Counted from the first letter of the stretch, positions 38,501 to 51,832 are shown. The stretch: 64,000 nt of DNA from Azolla caroliniana (GCA_043228905.1 JBHGNT010000005.1:16926001-16990000); one strand, 5' to 3'. The notes: generated by a model not told the origin, from the sequence alone. Translations and numbers: made by a program.

Positions 38501-41500
38501 CGAAGAAGTGTTGATTCATCTCCACATCCACGATCACGACTTTAACATTGGGACAAGCTCTGTACAAGTCCGTCATAGTCTTTGTTGCTGTGCGAATCTT
38601 CCATCCGTGATTTGTATTGATTGGCCATCTTCCTTTTTTGTAGAAGTTGGTTGACATGAGGTTGATCTTCGAGCCGTGGTTGATCAAGGCTACCACGATC
38701 TCTTTCTTCTCCCCGATCTTCACTAGCGTCTCCATTGTCGCTCGTGCCCAATGAGGTCGAGTATAGTGGCTGTCCACCATTTCTTCATTGACTCTGTCTC
38801 TTGCCATCGTTATGGCATTTTCTTTCGCTTTTAATGGCTTCTCTTCTTCTTCGTCCGATTGTTGCCTTTTTCGCTTTACAAGGTCCACGATCGTGTCGTG
38901 GAACTCCTTCTTCGTAATGTCGAGTAATTCCCTCAAGGACAAAGTCACGTGGCTATCAAGAACATGTTCCTCGAGAACCTTCTTCAGGTTTGTCATTTCC
39001 TCTATGTCCGACCTTAGCTTATAGGTAGGCATAGTCTTTGTCTTTCGAGCGGGGTCTTCGACACCAATCTTCGCGGGCCAAACTATTTCTTTGACTCGTT
39101 TGCTTGACTCCGCTTTTCGGCTAGTGTCTCCTTCCTCCATTTGTAAAGATCGACTTGTTTTTGCATCTTCTTTCTTTTTTCGCGTTCCTTGTTTCATGTC
39201 TTTTTGATGGGCCTTGCTCTTCTATTCTTTTTCTCTTTTCTTCGACAAACACCTTGTGGTTGTTGCACAACACTTCCGCGAGTATGGTGTTGTCATCCAC
39301 CGGATCCGACCACTCGATTATGCTTTGCACGCTTCGGTCTACAAGCTCTACCTCGTTTGATGTGACCTTCCCCATCTTCAAATACTCAAGAATGGAAGAA
39401 CAAAACTTTGCTCCCACTTTCGTAGCTTCATTTTTGTCTTTCCCGACTCTTATTCCGGTCGTTGTAGGATAGTGCATCGCATCCACATGAGTCGCCTCAA
39501 TGTCTTCCATAGATTTCTTCATTCTCCCTCTTCTGAAATTCACCCGTAGGGGTCTTCGAATTTCAGTCGAGCAGATCATGTTGTCATCTATGTATACGAT
39601 ATTTTGTCGGATCGCCTCTCAAAGGCTCGCACAATCCCTTCTCATGTGATCCATGCTATCGCACCACACGCATCTAAAGGGTTCTTTTCCTTTGGGGCCC
39701 CGATGATTCATTTTGGCTAGCGTGACCATCTCGAACTTCTTCGCTAACTCTTCGATGATGTCATCATCAATGTTCCTTTCTTCCAGGTTGCTTTGTTTGG
39801 ACGACCCAACTACTTTCGATTGTCTTGTTTTCTCCGCAACAGTCGATCCCGCCAAGTCGGTGTCATCAACCCACTGACGATGCTTGTCGAGCTTATTGCT
39901 TGCTCGCTTCACCGCAACCCAGTCCGCCAGAAGCCCGTTCGCTTGGGTATCATCTTCGAGGAGAGTGCCCAGTTCTCGTCTATCCTTTATATCCACAACC
40001 TTTAGGAAGTACAAAGTTTTGTCCTCCTCAAGTAGCACTTGGTCTGTGGCGGGGAGACGACGAAACATTTGGTCGAATTCGGCGTACACCCTCGAGGCGC
40101 TCATCTTCTTATTCTTCTTTTCTATCCACCTCATCAAGGCATGTCGAGTCATCCTCAACAAATCTTCTGTCTTGAACGCCGCTAATATCGCTTTCTCGAA
40201 TTCCGATCACGTTGTCTTCCCTTCTTGAAGCTTGATGACGTGCCTTTGGATGTTGTTGGTGACCAATCTCTTGAAACTTGTGATTTGACGTGCTTTAGAC
40301 ACGTCCCTCTGATTCCTCTCCCTTCTATATGTATCAAGGAACTTCGTAATGTTCCTTCCGTCAAATTGACCCTCGAGCTCAACGACACGGTCGACAGCCT
40401 TCTCCACGCTCGCATTGTTGTCTCGAGATCTCATCATTTGTTCGACGATTATCGTCATCCTTTCGAATTCTCCCACTTGATTGCTTGAGGATGCCATCTC
40501 TAAGTTTTGGTCGATCCTCGACTTGATCCTTCCTGCCGCCTCTTTCACGTCGGGTTCACTGGTTAATTATGTTGTGAAGATCTGTCACAAGGCGCGGATC
40601 GTGAGGCAGAATCGCCGGGGTTCTGGATCGGAAGGATTCAAAGTTTACGCTAGTTTTAGCGAGAAAGTATTTAATATAGATTAAGAGAGATTTATATGGC
40701 AAGAGAGAGATACTAAAATAAAAATTTAACTCTTGATTTTAGATTTGAGAGAAAAGATAAATCAATAATAGGGTTACCGGTCTCTTATTTGATCATCCAA
40801 AAATTTTACATTAGTCTTTTCATCTTTTTCCTACCCTCTTTTATAGATGCCCTCATGCATTTAAGGGTACAAGACATGCATAAAATGCATGCTTGCCATT
40901 TGGCGCTCATGTATTACATGTGGTGCATGATAACCATGTCACTCATTTTAGCTCTCATGTATGAGAATTTACATGTAAAGTTACAATGATAAAAATATAA
41001 CTCCAAGAAAATGTGTTGACTTATTGGTAAGCATATTGACTCTTAACTTGGAGGTGCAAGGTTCAAATCTTTACTTTCCCTCCTTGTGTATATGTATAAA
41101 CTTGGAGTGGGCTGGATGCCAGTTGCCGTTGGCTCTGTCGCCGGTCCGGATTTGGTTGGCCAAAACTATTGGAAGTAGCCAAGCCACACCCATTCATCCA
41201 ATAACTTTAATTCAAGTCACCTTGAACTCTCTATTCTCCACACAAAGATAATAGCTTTTGATCTACGTTATATATGGTGAGATCCTTATTTATCCTGTTT
41301 ATGTGGGATATCTCACAATTTTATTTTCTCTTTGTCTTTGCAAACTTCCTACCCACATAAGTTGACACTTAGATGTCCGTTTCTTATGTAGTAAAGTGTA
41401 TCTAAAAGCTCTTTAAGACTTCCATCTTTTTGTACTAAGATATTAAAAAAATTAGTATCTTCACTATTATTGTTTTATATGAATCACACTCGATTTTATA

Positions 41501-41545
41501 TGTTTTATGTGATTTTCACACCATTACCAAAAAATCTTCACGATA
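35571..41545 (-). mobile_element. Degenerate tRNA-Trp-primed Ty3 element D. 5' LTR 40570-41545; 3' LTR 35571-36081 (U3 side and integrase deleted); 4-bp TSD CCGG/CTGG
   Basis: The two LTR copies are near-identical over ~510 bp. PBS at 40544-40561. Motifs: gag CVWCDSMDHMRRDC, protease ALINHGSKIN, RT DLYSGYDQ..LPQGATNS..FLDDIPIKG, RNaseH VKRELWG..ADMLSR. Confidence 0.9.
36008..36081 (+). promoter_or_regulatory. tRNA-like Pol III A-box/B-box module in LTR U3 (sister copy at 41007-41080)
   Basis: A box TGGCTTATTGG forms a GGCTTA/TAAGCC stem. B box GGTTCAAATC lies about 43 nt downstream. Confidence 0.7.
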
Positions 41546-42524
41546 CTGGCAACAGAAGGATCAAGATGATTGGTTGTGGTCACAGGTCAACCAACGCCTA
41601 AAACATAAAACGGAGGAATTCAAGAAGTTGTAACGGGACCATAAGTAGTTGGATGTGGAATAAGAAGTTAGGGTTCGATTATAACTAGCAACAAGAAAAG
41701 CTAAAGGAGGCCCATACGGAGTTAAAGGAAAAAACGGAGGCGCTGACGGACCAAGGGAAGATGATGGCTGAGATGACGATGACGTTGTCGTGAAGATTTT
41801 CGGCAACGGTGTTACGGGCATGACCATATAATATCCCGTGGTGAGAATTGTCGTAGTATTCTATACACGTGGATAAGTGTGAGGGTTAAACAAAGAGTCT
41901 AAAGAAGGGGAGGATTACTTTTAATCCTCGGGATTGAGACAACCCATGAGGCCAAGTGTGAACATGGCTGGGGGCCTTGAGAATTACTATAAATAAGAGG
42001 CCTAGCTACCCTCATTTCATCATGCATTGACTACGTCGAGACTCTGTCCGTGAGTGGAACGACTCTTGTAGCAAGCGCGCTATCATCCAGGTACGACTCG
42101 ACGCCAAGGCGGTGGTATGGGACGCCGATCGAGGCTCGAGTCCGTCTCGATCCCTTCGCTCGGGGGTGGTCGGGTGGATCGACACCCTTCTTTCTCTCTT
42201 TTCTCTCTATTCTTTCTAGATCTATCATTGATATATCCTTATTTTATGCTTACTTTAGTACCTAATCTCTAATATTTGGTATCGGAGCCTATGTACTAAC
42301 GTTTCTTTTGGTTTTCTTTTTATCTTCGCGTGGGATGGCGATTGATCGTTGTGCGGTCGCCTTCATGCAGACAAGGATTAGCGAAAGAACTTCGGTAAAT
42401 TTTCCTTAATTTTTTATCTAATCTTTCTTCTCCCTTCTATACATGTGTATACTTAATATGTAGTTTTTTTTTTCATATATTCAATGATGTTGATGTGGTA
42501 TTTAATTGGTTATCTTAAACGTTT

Positions 42525-42800
42525 ACATATGTCCACGAGGTCAATACCTCGTTTGACATATAAATCATATGTGATGAGTGTCGTATGCGTACGAGGTTAC
42601 TACCTCAATTGCGTATTACGTTCACGAACATATGTTACGTTCGCGTACGAGGTCAATACCTCGATTCGTTCGAAATGATATGCGTTGGATTTACTATGCG
42701 TAAGAGGTCAATACCTCAATTGCGAATTACGCTTAACCTTATTTTCGGATGTTTCGTGTGCGTAGAGGTATATGCCTCGATTACGTATCCCGAATACATC
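42525..42800 (+). repeat. Five GAGGT-N4-(A/G)CCTC hairpin repeats at 55-61 bp spacing in the chromovirus leader
   Basis: Cores start at 42537, 42593, 42649, 42704 and 42765. Confidence 0.9.
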
Positions 42801-43975
42801 ATTGTTGGCTATATAAAAAAAACGATTCATTTAGTATACGCATATGTGGTCACTTATATACGTCTCTGATCGTATATATGTGATAAATGGACATATGTGT
42901 ATATTTTAGATTACGTGATTCATATCAAATGTTTTCCTACTTGGGGAGAGGATTTTGGTGGCCGTCCTCACATTTTTGTGAGAATGGCGTTGTCACCATC
43001 CCTTTTATCAACAATTTTTATTGTTGAAATTCCCGTTGGTCACTTTGATATTTCGTTACGTAACGAACCTCGTATAGCCAAAATGATGTTGAATACGTCG
43101 GGCTTGATCCACATCAAGTAGGGTCGCTCTAATGACACACGTATCCAACATCTCCCCTCGTTACATGGATACGATGCCACCATGAGCTCGTTCTTACGAG
43201 TGCCATTCGTAATGACGTGACCATGTGATGGGCCACATGAGCCTACGAAGACACAAGGGCTCATTCGGCTTGACCATTAGGTTACACTTTGGCATATGCC
43301 ATTGTACTTACGAGGCTTGAGGGTAGGTAGCGTACAACCATAGTGGGTAATAAATGAGGGAGAAATAAGGCCACTTGACCTATATGTTTCTTTTAAACAA
43401 AAAACATATAGGGGCAAATGCCTCGCATATCTCGAATACGCCTCAAACATTAAACATTCAAGACGTGCAATCTACTTGGTTGGCTCAAATGTTTAATGCA
43501 TTTGTTCTCGAGGTCTCGAGTTCAAATATGACCAAGACCATATAACATCGTTGATACATATGACTATAATACATGTTTAGACTTTAGGTCTAAGTGCACT
43601 TCGGGGTCCTCGTAATAGGACTTAAAGAGCCGAAACCACATATGTGGGCACAGAAACATAGTTATTGTTAACATTTTTTTCGTGTATAAACTATTCATGA
43701 CGCGAACATACATGGTTGAGCCTCGGGGAGCCGCCATGAAAAAAATCGATATAGAGATCAGGGAAAGGCATTCATTTGTCACCCCCATGGTTTTTAAAAC
43801 ACCTCTGTGTTACCATAGTAACCTGATCTTGAACCTCATCTCATACGTCTAGAGGGGTATTGACGTGAGATCATGATATCGATTAATGTTTGCCCATGAT
43901 ATGTTTACACCACGACAAGATGTTATGACTATTTGTCTGACCTTATCTTATTTCTTTGCCAGAAATAATCATTCA

Positions 43976-46900
43976 ATGGCTCAGAATAACGACCCGATGC
44001 CCTCCGCTCAAGCAGAAAGAACTCAAGGAAATCCTCCTGGGACAATGTCCATTGAGGCGTATATTTTACAAGTACAACATTTCCTTAGTTCAACCGCGCA
44101 GCAGTTGACCGAATTTCGGCAATCTCAAAGTGCTCTCGAGGCACGAGTCATTAGTCTCCAAAATGAGATTAATAGACCTGATGAGCGTCAGGGTGAACCA
44201 TCATTTGTCGTAAAGCCATTTACAGGAGATAAAAAGGAAAGAACCGAAGAAGCAATCTGCACGTGGCTGGGCCGATGGGAGTCTCATTTTGAGCTCTATC
44301 CCACGCCAGATAGTACGAAGATTGCATATGTCGGCCGAGAACTAGGGGGTAAGGCCGCCGCTTGGTGGCGTGGGCTCCGAACTTTGGGGAGATTGCCCGA
44401 GACCTGGACAGACTTTGTCACAGTTTTCAAGGGTCAATTTCTACAACCTCCCTCTCGAACCGAGGCAGCACAAGCCTTAATGAACCTCTCTAGCAGGAAG
44501 TTTTCCTCGCTAGAAGACTATGTCCACCATGCTAGAACCCAAATCCAAAAATCGGGTCTAGAAGGGGACAATTGGTTAATAGCTTGTTTTGTCAATGGCA
44601 TCCCCAATTCGGACTATCACTGGATAGTGCACGATAAGGATCCAAAATCCTTCGAAGAGGCCGTTGAGATAGTTCTTCGCTATCAACGCACTTCGAAGAA
44701 GGACCATAACAAACCCAACGAAGCGCCCGGGACTAAGCAGTCGCAATTCGTTGGGAAACGCAAGACACCCAACGAATTCATGGATCGCGATTATAAGCGA
44801 CAACATCCTTTTTGCGTATTCTGCAAAAAGAAGGGTCATACAAAAGAGCAATGTCGTAAGCTCCAACGAAAAGAGCACGACGCCAAACCTAAAGCTACAG
44901 ACCATAAAGGTCAGATTCCTAATGTCCTTCAGGTCTATACACATCATTTGAGTAATTGTCAATATTCTTTCCCTCATTATGTATTGGGTCCCAATGATTT
45001 ACTACGTGCAAACGGGTATATCAATGGATCTCCCGTACAATTTTTATTTGATTCGGGAAGCTCACACAATTTTGTGAATGATCGTTTGATACAGATATGG
45101 GGAATCCAACCCACCGTAAGTGATCACACCTACACGGTGCACTTGGCTGATGGAAGAGTACAACACATCAACGGGGCGATTCATTCTTTAGGAATTTCTA
45201 TTGATACCTATATAGAGGAAGTAGACTTCCATGTAATGAATCTTAGTACCACCGATGTAATACTGGGTTATCCCTGGTTTTATAATAAAAGCTCTTCTTT
45301 ATTTATTGATTGGGTTCGCCATTCCATTTCTTTTGTACTCAACGATTGTACGCATTTTATTCAATGTGTAACAAAACAATCCCTCTCGATTGTTTCCTCG
45401 TGTCCATCAATATCCGAGTTGTCTTGTTCTACGTTATTTTATTGTGTACTTGATCCGGACATTCACGTTTACAATATCGATAATGTCTCGGGTCAATTAA
45501 CATATTTTGAACAAAAACAACTTGATGAAATCGTAAACGATTTTCGTGATGTTTTTCCGAGTGAACTACCCGATGGTTTACCTCCTAAACGTAATATAGA
45601 CCATCGTATAGATATTGTACCTGGCATTGCACCCATTAGTATACCTCCGTATCGCCTAAGTCGATCTGAAGAGGATGAGGTAGCTAAGCAACTTAAGGAC
45701 TATTTACGAATGGGTTATATACGTTATAGTAAATCTCCATGGGGTGCACCAGTTCTCTTGGTTAAAAAGAAAGAGGGCACATGGCGTATGTGTATTAATT
45801 ACCGACGCTTGAATAAAGTGACGATCAAGAATTCGTACCCATTGCCCCGGGCTGACGATCTAATTGACCGTCTCCAGGGAGCTCGGTATTTTACGAAACT
45901 TGATCTCCGTACTGGCTACCATCAAATACGAATAAGTGAGGACGATGTTCCTAAAACAGCATTTCGTACGCGCTACGGCCATTATGAGTTTTTGGTTATG
46001 CCTTTTGGTTTGACCAATGCTCCGGCTACATTTCAACAAGAAATGAATGACATTTTCCGAGAACAACTTGGAAAATTTGTCGTTATCTTCTTAGATGATA
46101 TTTTAGTTTATAGCCGTACATTACAAGAACATGCTAGACATGTCCGCTTTGTTTTACAAATATTGCGTGACAAACAATTTTACGCGAAGATCTCAAAATG
46201 TGAGTTCTTCAAGAAATCAATTACTTATCTTGGACATCTCATAACCGAACGAGGAGTTGAAATTGATCCTTCTCGCATCGAGAAAATCAAGCTTTGGCCC
46301 ACTCTTCGGAATATTCGAGAAGTTCGATCATTCCTTGGTTTTGTCGGATTTTTGCGAAAATCTCTTCGTAATTACTCACAATTGACGACGCCGTTTACTG
46401 ATCTTCTAAAAGGTCAAACGCGTAAGTCTACAAAACCTATTGTGTGGAATGCTACACTAGACCTCGCCTTTAAGGAACTCAAGGACTTGGTATGCAAGGC
46501 TCCTTCACTTTTTTTACCCGATCCTTCAAAACCTTTTGAGGTTGAAACCGACGCAAGCGATTATGCTATAGGTGCTGTCTTGTATCAAGATGGTAAACCA
46601 ATAGCATTCGAGAGTAAGAAACTTGATTCTGCTCAATGTCGGTATACCGTTCAAGAAAAGGAATTATTTGCGATTATACATGCGCTCAAAACATGGCGCC
46701 ATTATCTTTATGGAAATCGCTTTGTGGTAACTACGGTCCACGAGTCCTTGAAATATTTTTGTGACCAACAAGACCTGAAAGGTCGTAAGGCACGATGGGC
46801 TGATCTCATCCAGGACTTTGATTTTTCCATACGATATCGTAAAGGTTCCATGAATACTGTCGCTGATGCACTAAGTCGCATCCGTGAAGTTAACATGCTT

Positions 46901-48409
46901 AGCTTCACTAAAATAACATCAGATCTTTATGATCACCTTCGAGGAAAGTATCCTGATGACAATTATTTTGCAAAATACTGGGCAAGAGTCGAGTCTGGAA
47001 CAGACACCACCACACCCTCGAAGGAATACTTCCACATTGCTAACGGTCTGCTCTACTGTAATGGGAAGGTTTGTGTTCCAGATTTACCTGAGGTCAAAAA
47101 GAGAATTCTTTTTGAATGCCATGATGCACCCTCAGCAGGGTACCCTGGAATACATCGTACACTCGTTCTCATCTCCACTCAATTTTATTGGCCTAAGATG
47201 CGTCCTGACATACATAGCTATGTGACTAAATGTCACCAATGTCAGGTTAACAAAGCCGAGCGACTTAAAGCCGCAGGACTTTTACATCCCTTGGACATTC
47301 CCAATAATAAGTGGGAAAGTATATCCATGGATTTTATTGTTAGCCTTCCTCGCACCCAAAAAGGTCATGATGCCATATGGGTTGTGGTTGACAGACTAAC
47401 TAAAATGGCCAGATTTATTGCTACTAAAACCACGGTAACAGCTCCTGAATTGGCTTACCAATTCGTTGATGAGTTATTTCGTTTTTACGGGTTACCGATG
47501 GATATCGTGAGTGACCGAGATCCGAAGTTTACTAGTGACTTCTGGACGCAAGCCTTTAAGAAGTTAGAAACTACGTTGAGCATGGGCTCCACGGATCATC
47601 CTCAATCCGATGGACAGACAGAACGAGTAAATCAAATTATTGAGGACATGCTTCGAGCATACGTTGGTGCAAAACCAACAAAATGGGAACGTTACCTCCC
47701 AATTTTGGAGTTTGCTTATAACAGCTCCAAGCATACGTCGACGGGATATAGTCCTTTTATGTTGATGTATGGATTTCAGCCACGAGCCCCGATTGATGTT
47801 AATATACATCATGATGAGTTGCGAAGTACGCAAAACTTTCTTCGGGATATGCAAGATATGTTGCATATTGCACGGGATAATATAAAAACAGCTCAGGATA
47901 GAGCGCGTTTTTATGCCGATCATCATAGGCAACCTCGTGTATTCAGCCCTGGACAGAAGGTATTTTTACGTGTACCTCACAATTCTAAGACATTGTCTAC
48001 GGGTAAGTGCGCTAAGTTAGCCCCACGGTTTTGTGGACCTTTTACAGTCCTCAAACGCATTGGATCATCAGCCTATCGTCTCGCTCTTCCCGATGGTGTT
48101 GGAATCCATCCAGTCTTTCATGTAAGTCGTCTAAAAGAACTTCTAGGTTCTGGCGACAATACAGTTACAACTGAAACTCTGGTTACTTCTGAAGATTTAT
48201 CTTCTAAACCACATGTACCAGAAAGAATTCTCGATGTTAAAACAAAAAAATTACGTACTAAGGAAATCCGAGAATTTAAAATAAAATGGATGGATAAATC
48301 AATCAAAGATGCCACATGGGAACGCGAAACGACTCTAACAACTAACTTTCCTAACTTTCCATTGCAAGAGTGCAATGTTTTAAAGAGGGGGAGTATGTTA
48401 CGGGCATGA
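43976..48409 (+). CDS. Chromovirus gag-pol (Gag, CCHC, PR, RT, RNaseH, INT, chromodomain) in a single ORF
   Basis: Motifs [47 protein letters not shown] and ERILD..KIKW..ATWE (group II-like, lacking the first and third aromatic residues). ATG 43976 is preferred over 43886 because of its context and an upstream splice acceptor. Confidence 0.95.
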   Translation: MAQNNDPMPSAQAERTQGNPPGTMSIEAYILQVQHFLSSTAQQLTEFRQSQSALEARVISLQNEINRPDERQGEPSFVVKPFTGDKKERTEEAICTWLGRWESHFELYPTPDSTKIAYVGRELGGKAAAWWRGLRTLGRLPETWTDFVTVFKGQFLQPPSRTEAAQALMNLSSRKFSSLEDYVHHARTQIQKSGLEGDNWLIACFVNGIPNSDYHWIVHDKDPKSFEEAVEIVLRYQRTSKKDHNKPNEAPGTKQSQFVGKRKTPNEFMDRDYKRQHPFCVFCKKKGHTKEQCRKLQRKEHDAKPKATDHKGQIPNVLQVYTHHLSNCQYSFPHYVLGPNDLLRANGYINGSPVQFLFDSGSSHNFVNDRLIQIWGIQPTVSDHTYTVHLADGRVQHINGAIHSLGISIDTYIEEVDFHVMNLSTTDVILGYPWFYNKSSSLFIDWVRHSISFVLNDCTHFIQCVTKQSLSIVSSCPSISELSCSTLFYCVLDPDIHVYNIDNVSGQLTYFEQKQLDEIVNDFRDVFPSELPDGLPPKRNIDHRIDIVPGIAPISIPPYRLSRSEEDEVAKQLKDYLRMGYIRYSKSPWGAPVLLVKKKEGTWRMCINYRRLNKVTIKNSYPLPRADDLIDRLQGARYFTKLDLRTGYHQIRISEDDVPKTAFRTRYGHYEFLVMPFGLTNAPATFQQEMNDIFREQLGKFVVIFLDDILVYSRTLQEHARHVRFVLQILRDKQFYAKISKCEFFKKSITYLGHLITERGVEIDPSRIEKIKLWPTLRNIREVRSFLGFVGFLRKSLRNYSQLTTPFTDLLKGQTRKSTKPIVWNATLDLAFKELKDLVCKAPSLFLPDPSKPFEVETDASDYAIGAVLYQDGKPIAFESKKLDSAQCRYTVQEKELFAIIHALKTWRHYLYGNRFVVTTVHESLKYFCDQQDLKGRKARWADLIQDFDFSIRYRKGSMNTVADALSRIREVNMLSFTKITSDLYDHLRGKYPDDNYFAKYWARVESGTDTTTPSKEYFHIANGLLYCNGKVCVPDLPEVKKRILFECHDAPSAGYPGIHRTLVLISTQFYWPKMRPDIHSYVTKCHQCQVNKAERLKAAGLLHPLDIPNNKWESISMDFIVSLPRTQKGHDAIWVVVDRLTKMARFIATKTTVTAPELAYQFVDELFRFYGLPMDIVSDRDPKFTSDFWTQAFKKLETTLSMGSTDHPQSDGQTERVNQIIEDMLRAYVGAKPTKWERYLPILEFAYNSSKHTSTGYSPFMLMYGFQPRAPIDVNIHHDELRSTQNFLRDMQDMLHIARDNIKTAQDRARFYADHHRQPRVFSPGQKVFLRVPHNSKTLSTGKCAKLAPRFCGPFTVLKRIGSSAYRLALPDGVGIHPVFHVSRLKELLGSGDNTVTTETLVTSEDLSSKPHVPERILDVKTKKLRTKEIREFKIKWMDKSIKDATWERETTLTTNFPNFPLQECNVLKRGSMLRA

Positions 48410-49087
48410 ACATATAATATCCCGTGGTGAGAATTGTCGTAGTATTCTATACACGTGGATAAGTGTGAGGGTTAAACAAAGAGTCTAAAGAAGGGGAGGA
48501 TTACTTTTAATCCTCGGGATTGAGACAACCCATGAGGCCAAGTGTGAACATGGCTGGGGGCCTTGAGAATTACTATAAATAAGAGGCCTAGCTACCCTCA
48601 TTTCATCATGCATTGACTACGTCGAGACTCTGTCCGTGAGTGGAACGACTCTTGTAGCAAGCGCGCTATCATCCAGGTGCGACTCGACGCCAAGGCGGTG
48701 GTATGGGACGCCGATCGAGGCTCGAGTCCGTCTCGATCCCTTCGCTCGGGGGTGGTCGGGTGGATCGGCACCCTTCTTTCTCTCTTTTCTCTCTATTCTT
48801 TCTAGATCTATCATTGATATATCCTTATTTTATGCTTACTTTAGTACCTAATCTCTAATAAACGGTGTGAAAGTTGTGTGCAACAAACGAAATCAAGAAG
48901 GTGCAATGTGCATGTGAGAAAGGGGTGAAGGCCACACGCATATGCTAGCATGTTGTAAATAGTATTGAAATGAGAATCGTAAAAGAAAAGCTAGATGTAA
49001 AGTTAAACATGTGCACGTGTGATGTGCGCTCAATTGTAAATATAAGAAATAAGACTAAAGCCTAGTAACATTTAAGTGCAGACATAG

Positions 49088-49162
49088 GGGTGAAAGTAAG
49101 GCTTGAATCTTGCACCTCCAATGTAGGAGACAAATTAACTTACCACTAAAGCCACTACTAAG
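49088..49162 (-). promoter_or_regulatory. tRNA-like A/B-box module in the LTR of element F
   Basis: The minus strand reads gTGGCTTTAGTGGtaag...gaggtgcaaGATTCAAGCC. Confidence 0.65.
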
Positions 49163-50976
49163 TGCTTTAGAATTTGTATATTTTCTTTCCATATTCAGTA
49201 TTTTGTAGGAAGCAAACATATAGAAACCGTGGGCACAAAACCATGGTTTTAACTTGTGGTTTTAGCCCATGGGTTTAGCCCATGTTTTTATCATGGAGAG
49301 ACCTATAAAAGCCTATAGTTGGGCTTGTGTAAGGGAGGTAATGTAAGTTAAAAAAAAACTTTTAATCAAAGATCCGAGTTATCCTAATGGTGATGTATCT
49401 TGTCTCGTAAAACTAAAGTCAAGGGTTCAATCTCTATCTCAATCTCTCAATCTCTTCATCCATCTATCTATCTTCAATACTTTCTCGCTTACGCTATTAA
49501 AAACATCGAATCCTTCCGGTCCAGGACCTCAGTGGTCCCGTTTCATTTCACGAACACGCGAGGATTTCCTCGACATCTTACTTGGTGAACCTGATGTGAA
49601 AGAGGCGGTAGGAAGGATCAAGTCGAGCATCAACCGATACTTGGAGATGGCATCCTCAAGCAATCAAGCGGGAGAGTTCAAAAGGATAATGCTGATCGTC
49701 GAACAAATGATGAGATCTCGAGACAACGATGCGGGCGTGGAGAAGATGGTCGACCGTGTCGTGGAGCTCGAGGGTCAATTTGACGGAAGGAACATTACGA
49801 AGTTCCTTGATGCATACAAAAGGGAGATGAATTAGAGGGACGTGTCTAAAGTGCGTCAAATCACAATTTTGAAGAGAGTGGTCACCAACAACATCCAAAG
49901 GCGCGTCATCGAGCTTCAAGAAGGGAAGACAACATGGTTAGAGTTCGAGAAAGCGATATTAGCAGAGTTCGCGACGGAAGATTTGTCGAGGATGACTCGA
50001 CATACCTCGATGAAGTGGATAGAAGAGAAGAATAAGAGGATGATCACTTCGAGGGTGTATGACGAGTTCGACCAAATGTTTCATCGTCTCCCTGCCACAG
50101 ACCAGGTGCTGCTTGAGGAGGACAAGACTTTGTACTTCTTGAAAGCTGTGGACATGAAGGATAGACGAGAATTGGGGACTCTTCTTGAAGATGATACCCA
50201 AGTGAACGAGCTTGTAGCAGGCTGGATCGCGGTGAAGCGAGCGTGCAATAGGCTCGACAAGCATCATCAGTGGGTTGATGACACCGACTTGGCAGGATCG
50301 ACTGCCACGGAAAAAACAAGACCATGTAAAGAAGTCAAGCCGCCTAAACAACACAACCTACACGAAAAAAAGATTGATGATGTCTCGAGGACGACGAAGG
50401 CCATTTGAAAGGAGGAAAAATGTTTCGGAACACGCGTCATGTTCGAAACAATGGATGATGAAGGAGCAAGCCTAATCAAAGCTTGCATCAAGGGAGATAA
50501 AGAGTGTGCTCAAGATTGACGTGATGGAGGAGATAGCCACAAAAAATGACATTGAGTCAGAGGTGGCTATGGACGAATTAATGACAGATGGCCGCATCGT
50601 GGATTCCTTCACACAAGTTTCGGAGACTTGGGTAGTTGCAGAAAGCCAACATGAAACCCAAGAGATGGAAGGTGGTAGTAAGGGGAAGGACCAAGATGGA
50701 GTGCACCACAAAGAGGCCAAGCCAAGCATAGAAAGGGATGACAATGGCCAAGTGGGCCATGTGGATCCGAAGAATGTGGTCTCGACATCTATTGTAGAGG
50801 ACAATGGATGCGAAGCCTATGTAACGGTTGATGAGGAAGCCCCAATGACAAGGTCAAGGAGGTGGGAGCGAACATCACAAGAAGGATAGACAATGACGAT
50901 GGCCAAATTTTCTCCACACTTGTTCCAGAGACTTGGACAGTTGCGTTCGAGAACCGATGTAAGACCCAAGAGACGG

Positions 50977-51832
50977 TATCGTAGTGTAATTCGCACACGA
51001 TGTGAAAATTGCATTTTTGTCCCTCCAGATGAGACAAGGAGGAACCGGTAAGGAGAATTGGTGAGAATCGAATGAAGGAGGGACCGGCAAGGAGGACCCG
51101 GTAAGGAGACCCGGTAAGAACCGGATCAAGGAACCGGATAAAGAAGGCCGGGGAGAGTCTCTCACCGAATGAAGAGGCAAATTTGTAAATAGAACAAAAG
51201 ATTTGTTACGCCCATAGGGCAGGATTCGAAACCTGTACCTCTATGTAGACAAACCCCAACCTTACCATTGTACTAACTTATCCTAAGTGTTTTAAATATA
51301 GATTTAATACGTATAAGACCTTTATTTACGCCTACCTTTATTAAAAGGTAAGTCATGCATTTTTAGAATGCGTGAATATTTTATTTATAAGAAAAATGTA
51401 CACCAATAAAAAATTACTCTGCACATCTAGCGAGCATGATCACTATATTTAGGAAATAAAAGCATAGTGTAAAAAGCAACTCATGCACATTTAGTGTGCA
51501 TGAACACTTTAGAAAAAGCATGAAGTTATGCTTAGGCTCTTCCATCCTTATATAAGGAGGAGAGAAAGATGTATGGTGTTGTTGATTATTTTACAAGGAT
51601 TGATCAATCTAATATATTCGTGGGATTCACGAGTTTATCATCAAAATTCTCTTTCTTACAATCTAAATATTGATTAAATACACTAAACACGTGGGATTCA
51701 CGTGTTTTATTTCTTACTTCTCTTTCTACCTATTCATAACTAGCCTTATATTGTATTCTTCTTTCTCCTTGTCCAAAACCTCAGTGGTTCCCACCCGACT
51801 CACGCAATGATCTGGAGCCGAAAGTCACAACA
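50977..51832 (+). mobile_element. Solo LTR of the Trp-PBS family (856 bp), 4-bp TSD ACGG
   Basis: Both ends resemble the LTR ends of D and F. ACGG at 50973-50976 and 51833-51836. Removal restores the frame CKTQETGGDGEE. Confidence 0.85.
51211..51285 (-). promoter_or_regulatory. tRNA-like A/B-box module followed by a T4 run
   Basis: The minus strand reads TAGTACAATGGtaagg...caggtTTCGAATCCtg, with TTTT about 12 nt downstream (51199-51196). Confidence 0.7.

Larger units (their letters stand above)
34579..41785 (+). mobile_element. Old LTR element E. LTR 34579-34907; decayed coiled-coil gag-like ORF 34960-35570 continuing at 41550-41785
   Basis: TG..CA segment with a second partial copy at 52503-52550 plus 58640-58755. 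The reading frame EEIR|QQKDQD continues across the 35571-41545 insertion. Confidence 0.6.
41810..48860 (+). mobile_element. Intact young chromovirus (Ty3). LTRs 41810-42274 and 48396-48860 (465 bp), TSD AACGG
   Basis: Three mismatches were seen between the LTRs. iMet PBS TGGTATCGGAGCC at 42277-42289, PPT aaagagggggag at 48382-48393, TSD at 41805-41809 and 48861-48865. Confidence 0.97.

Noticed and set aside
42525-42800. CRISPR array
   Set aside because: The context is a eukaryotic retrotransposon with no cas genes. The repeats are degenerate and the spacers are faintly related to each other.
43886-43975. N-terminal 30 aa of the 1507-aa ORF
   Set aside because: This stretch overlaps a branch point, pyrimidine tract and acceptor. 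ATG 43976 is the more plausible start.
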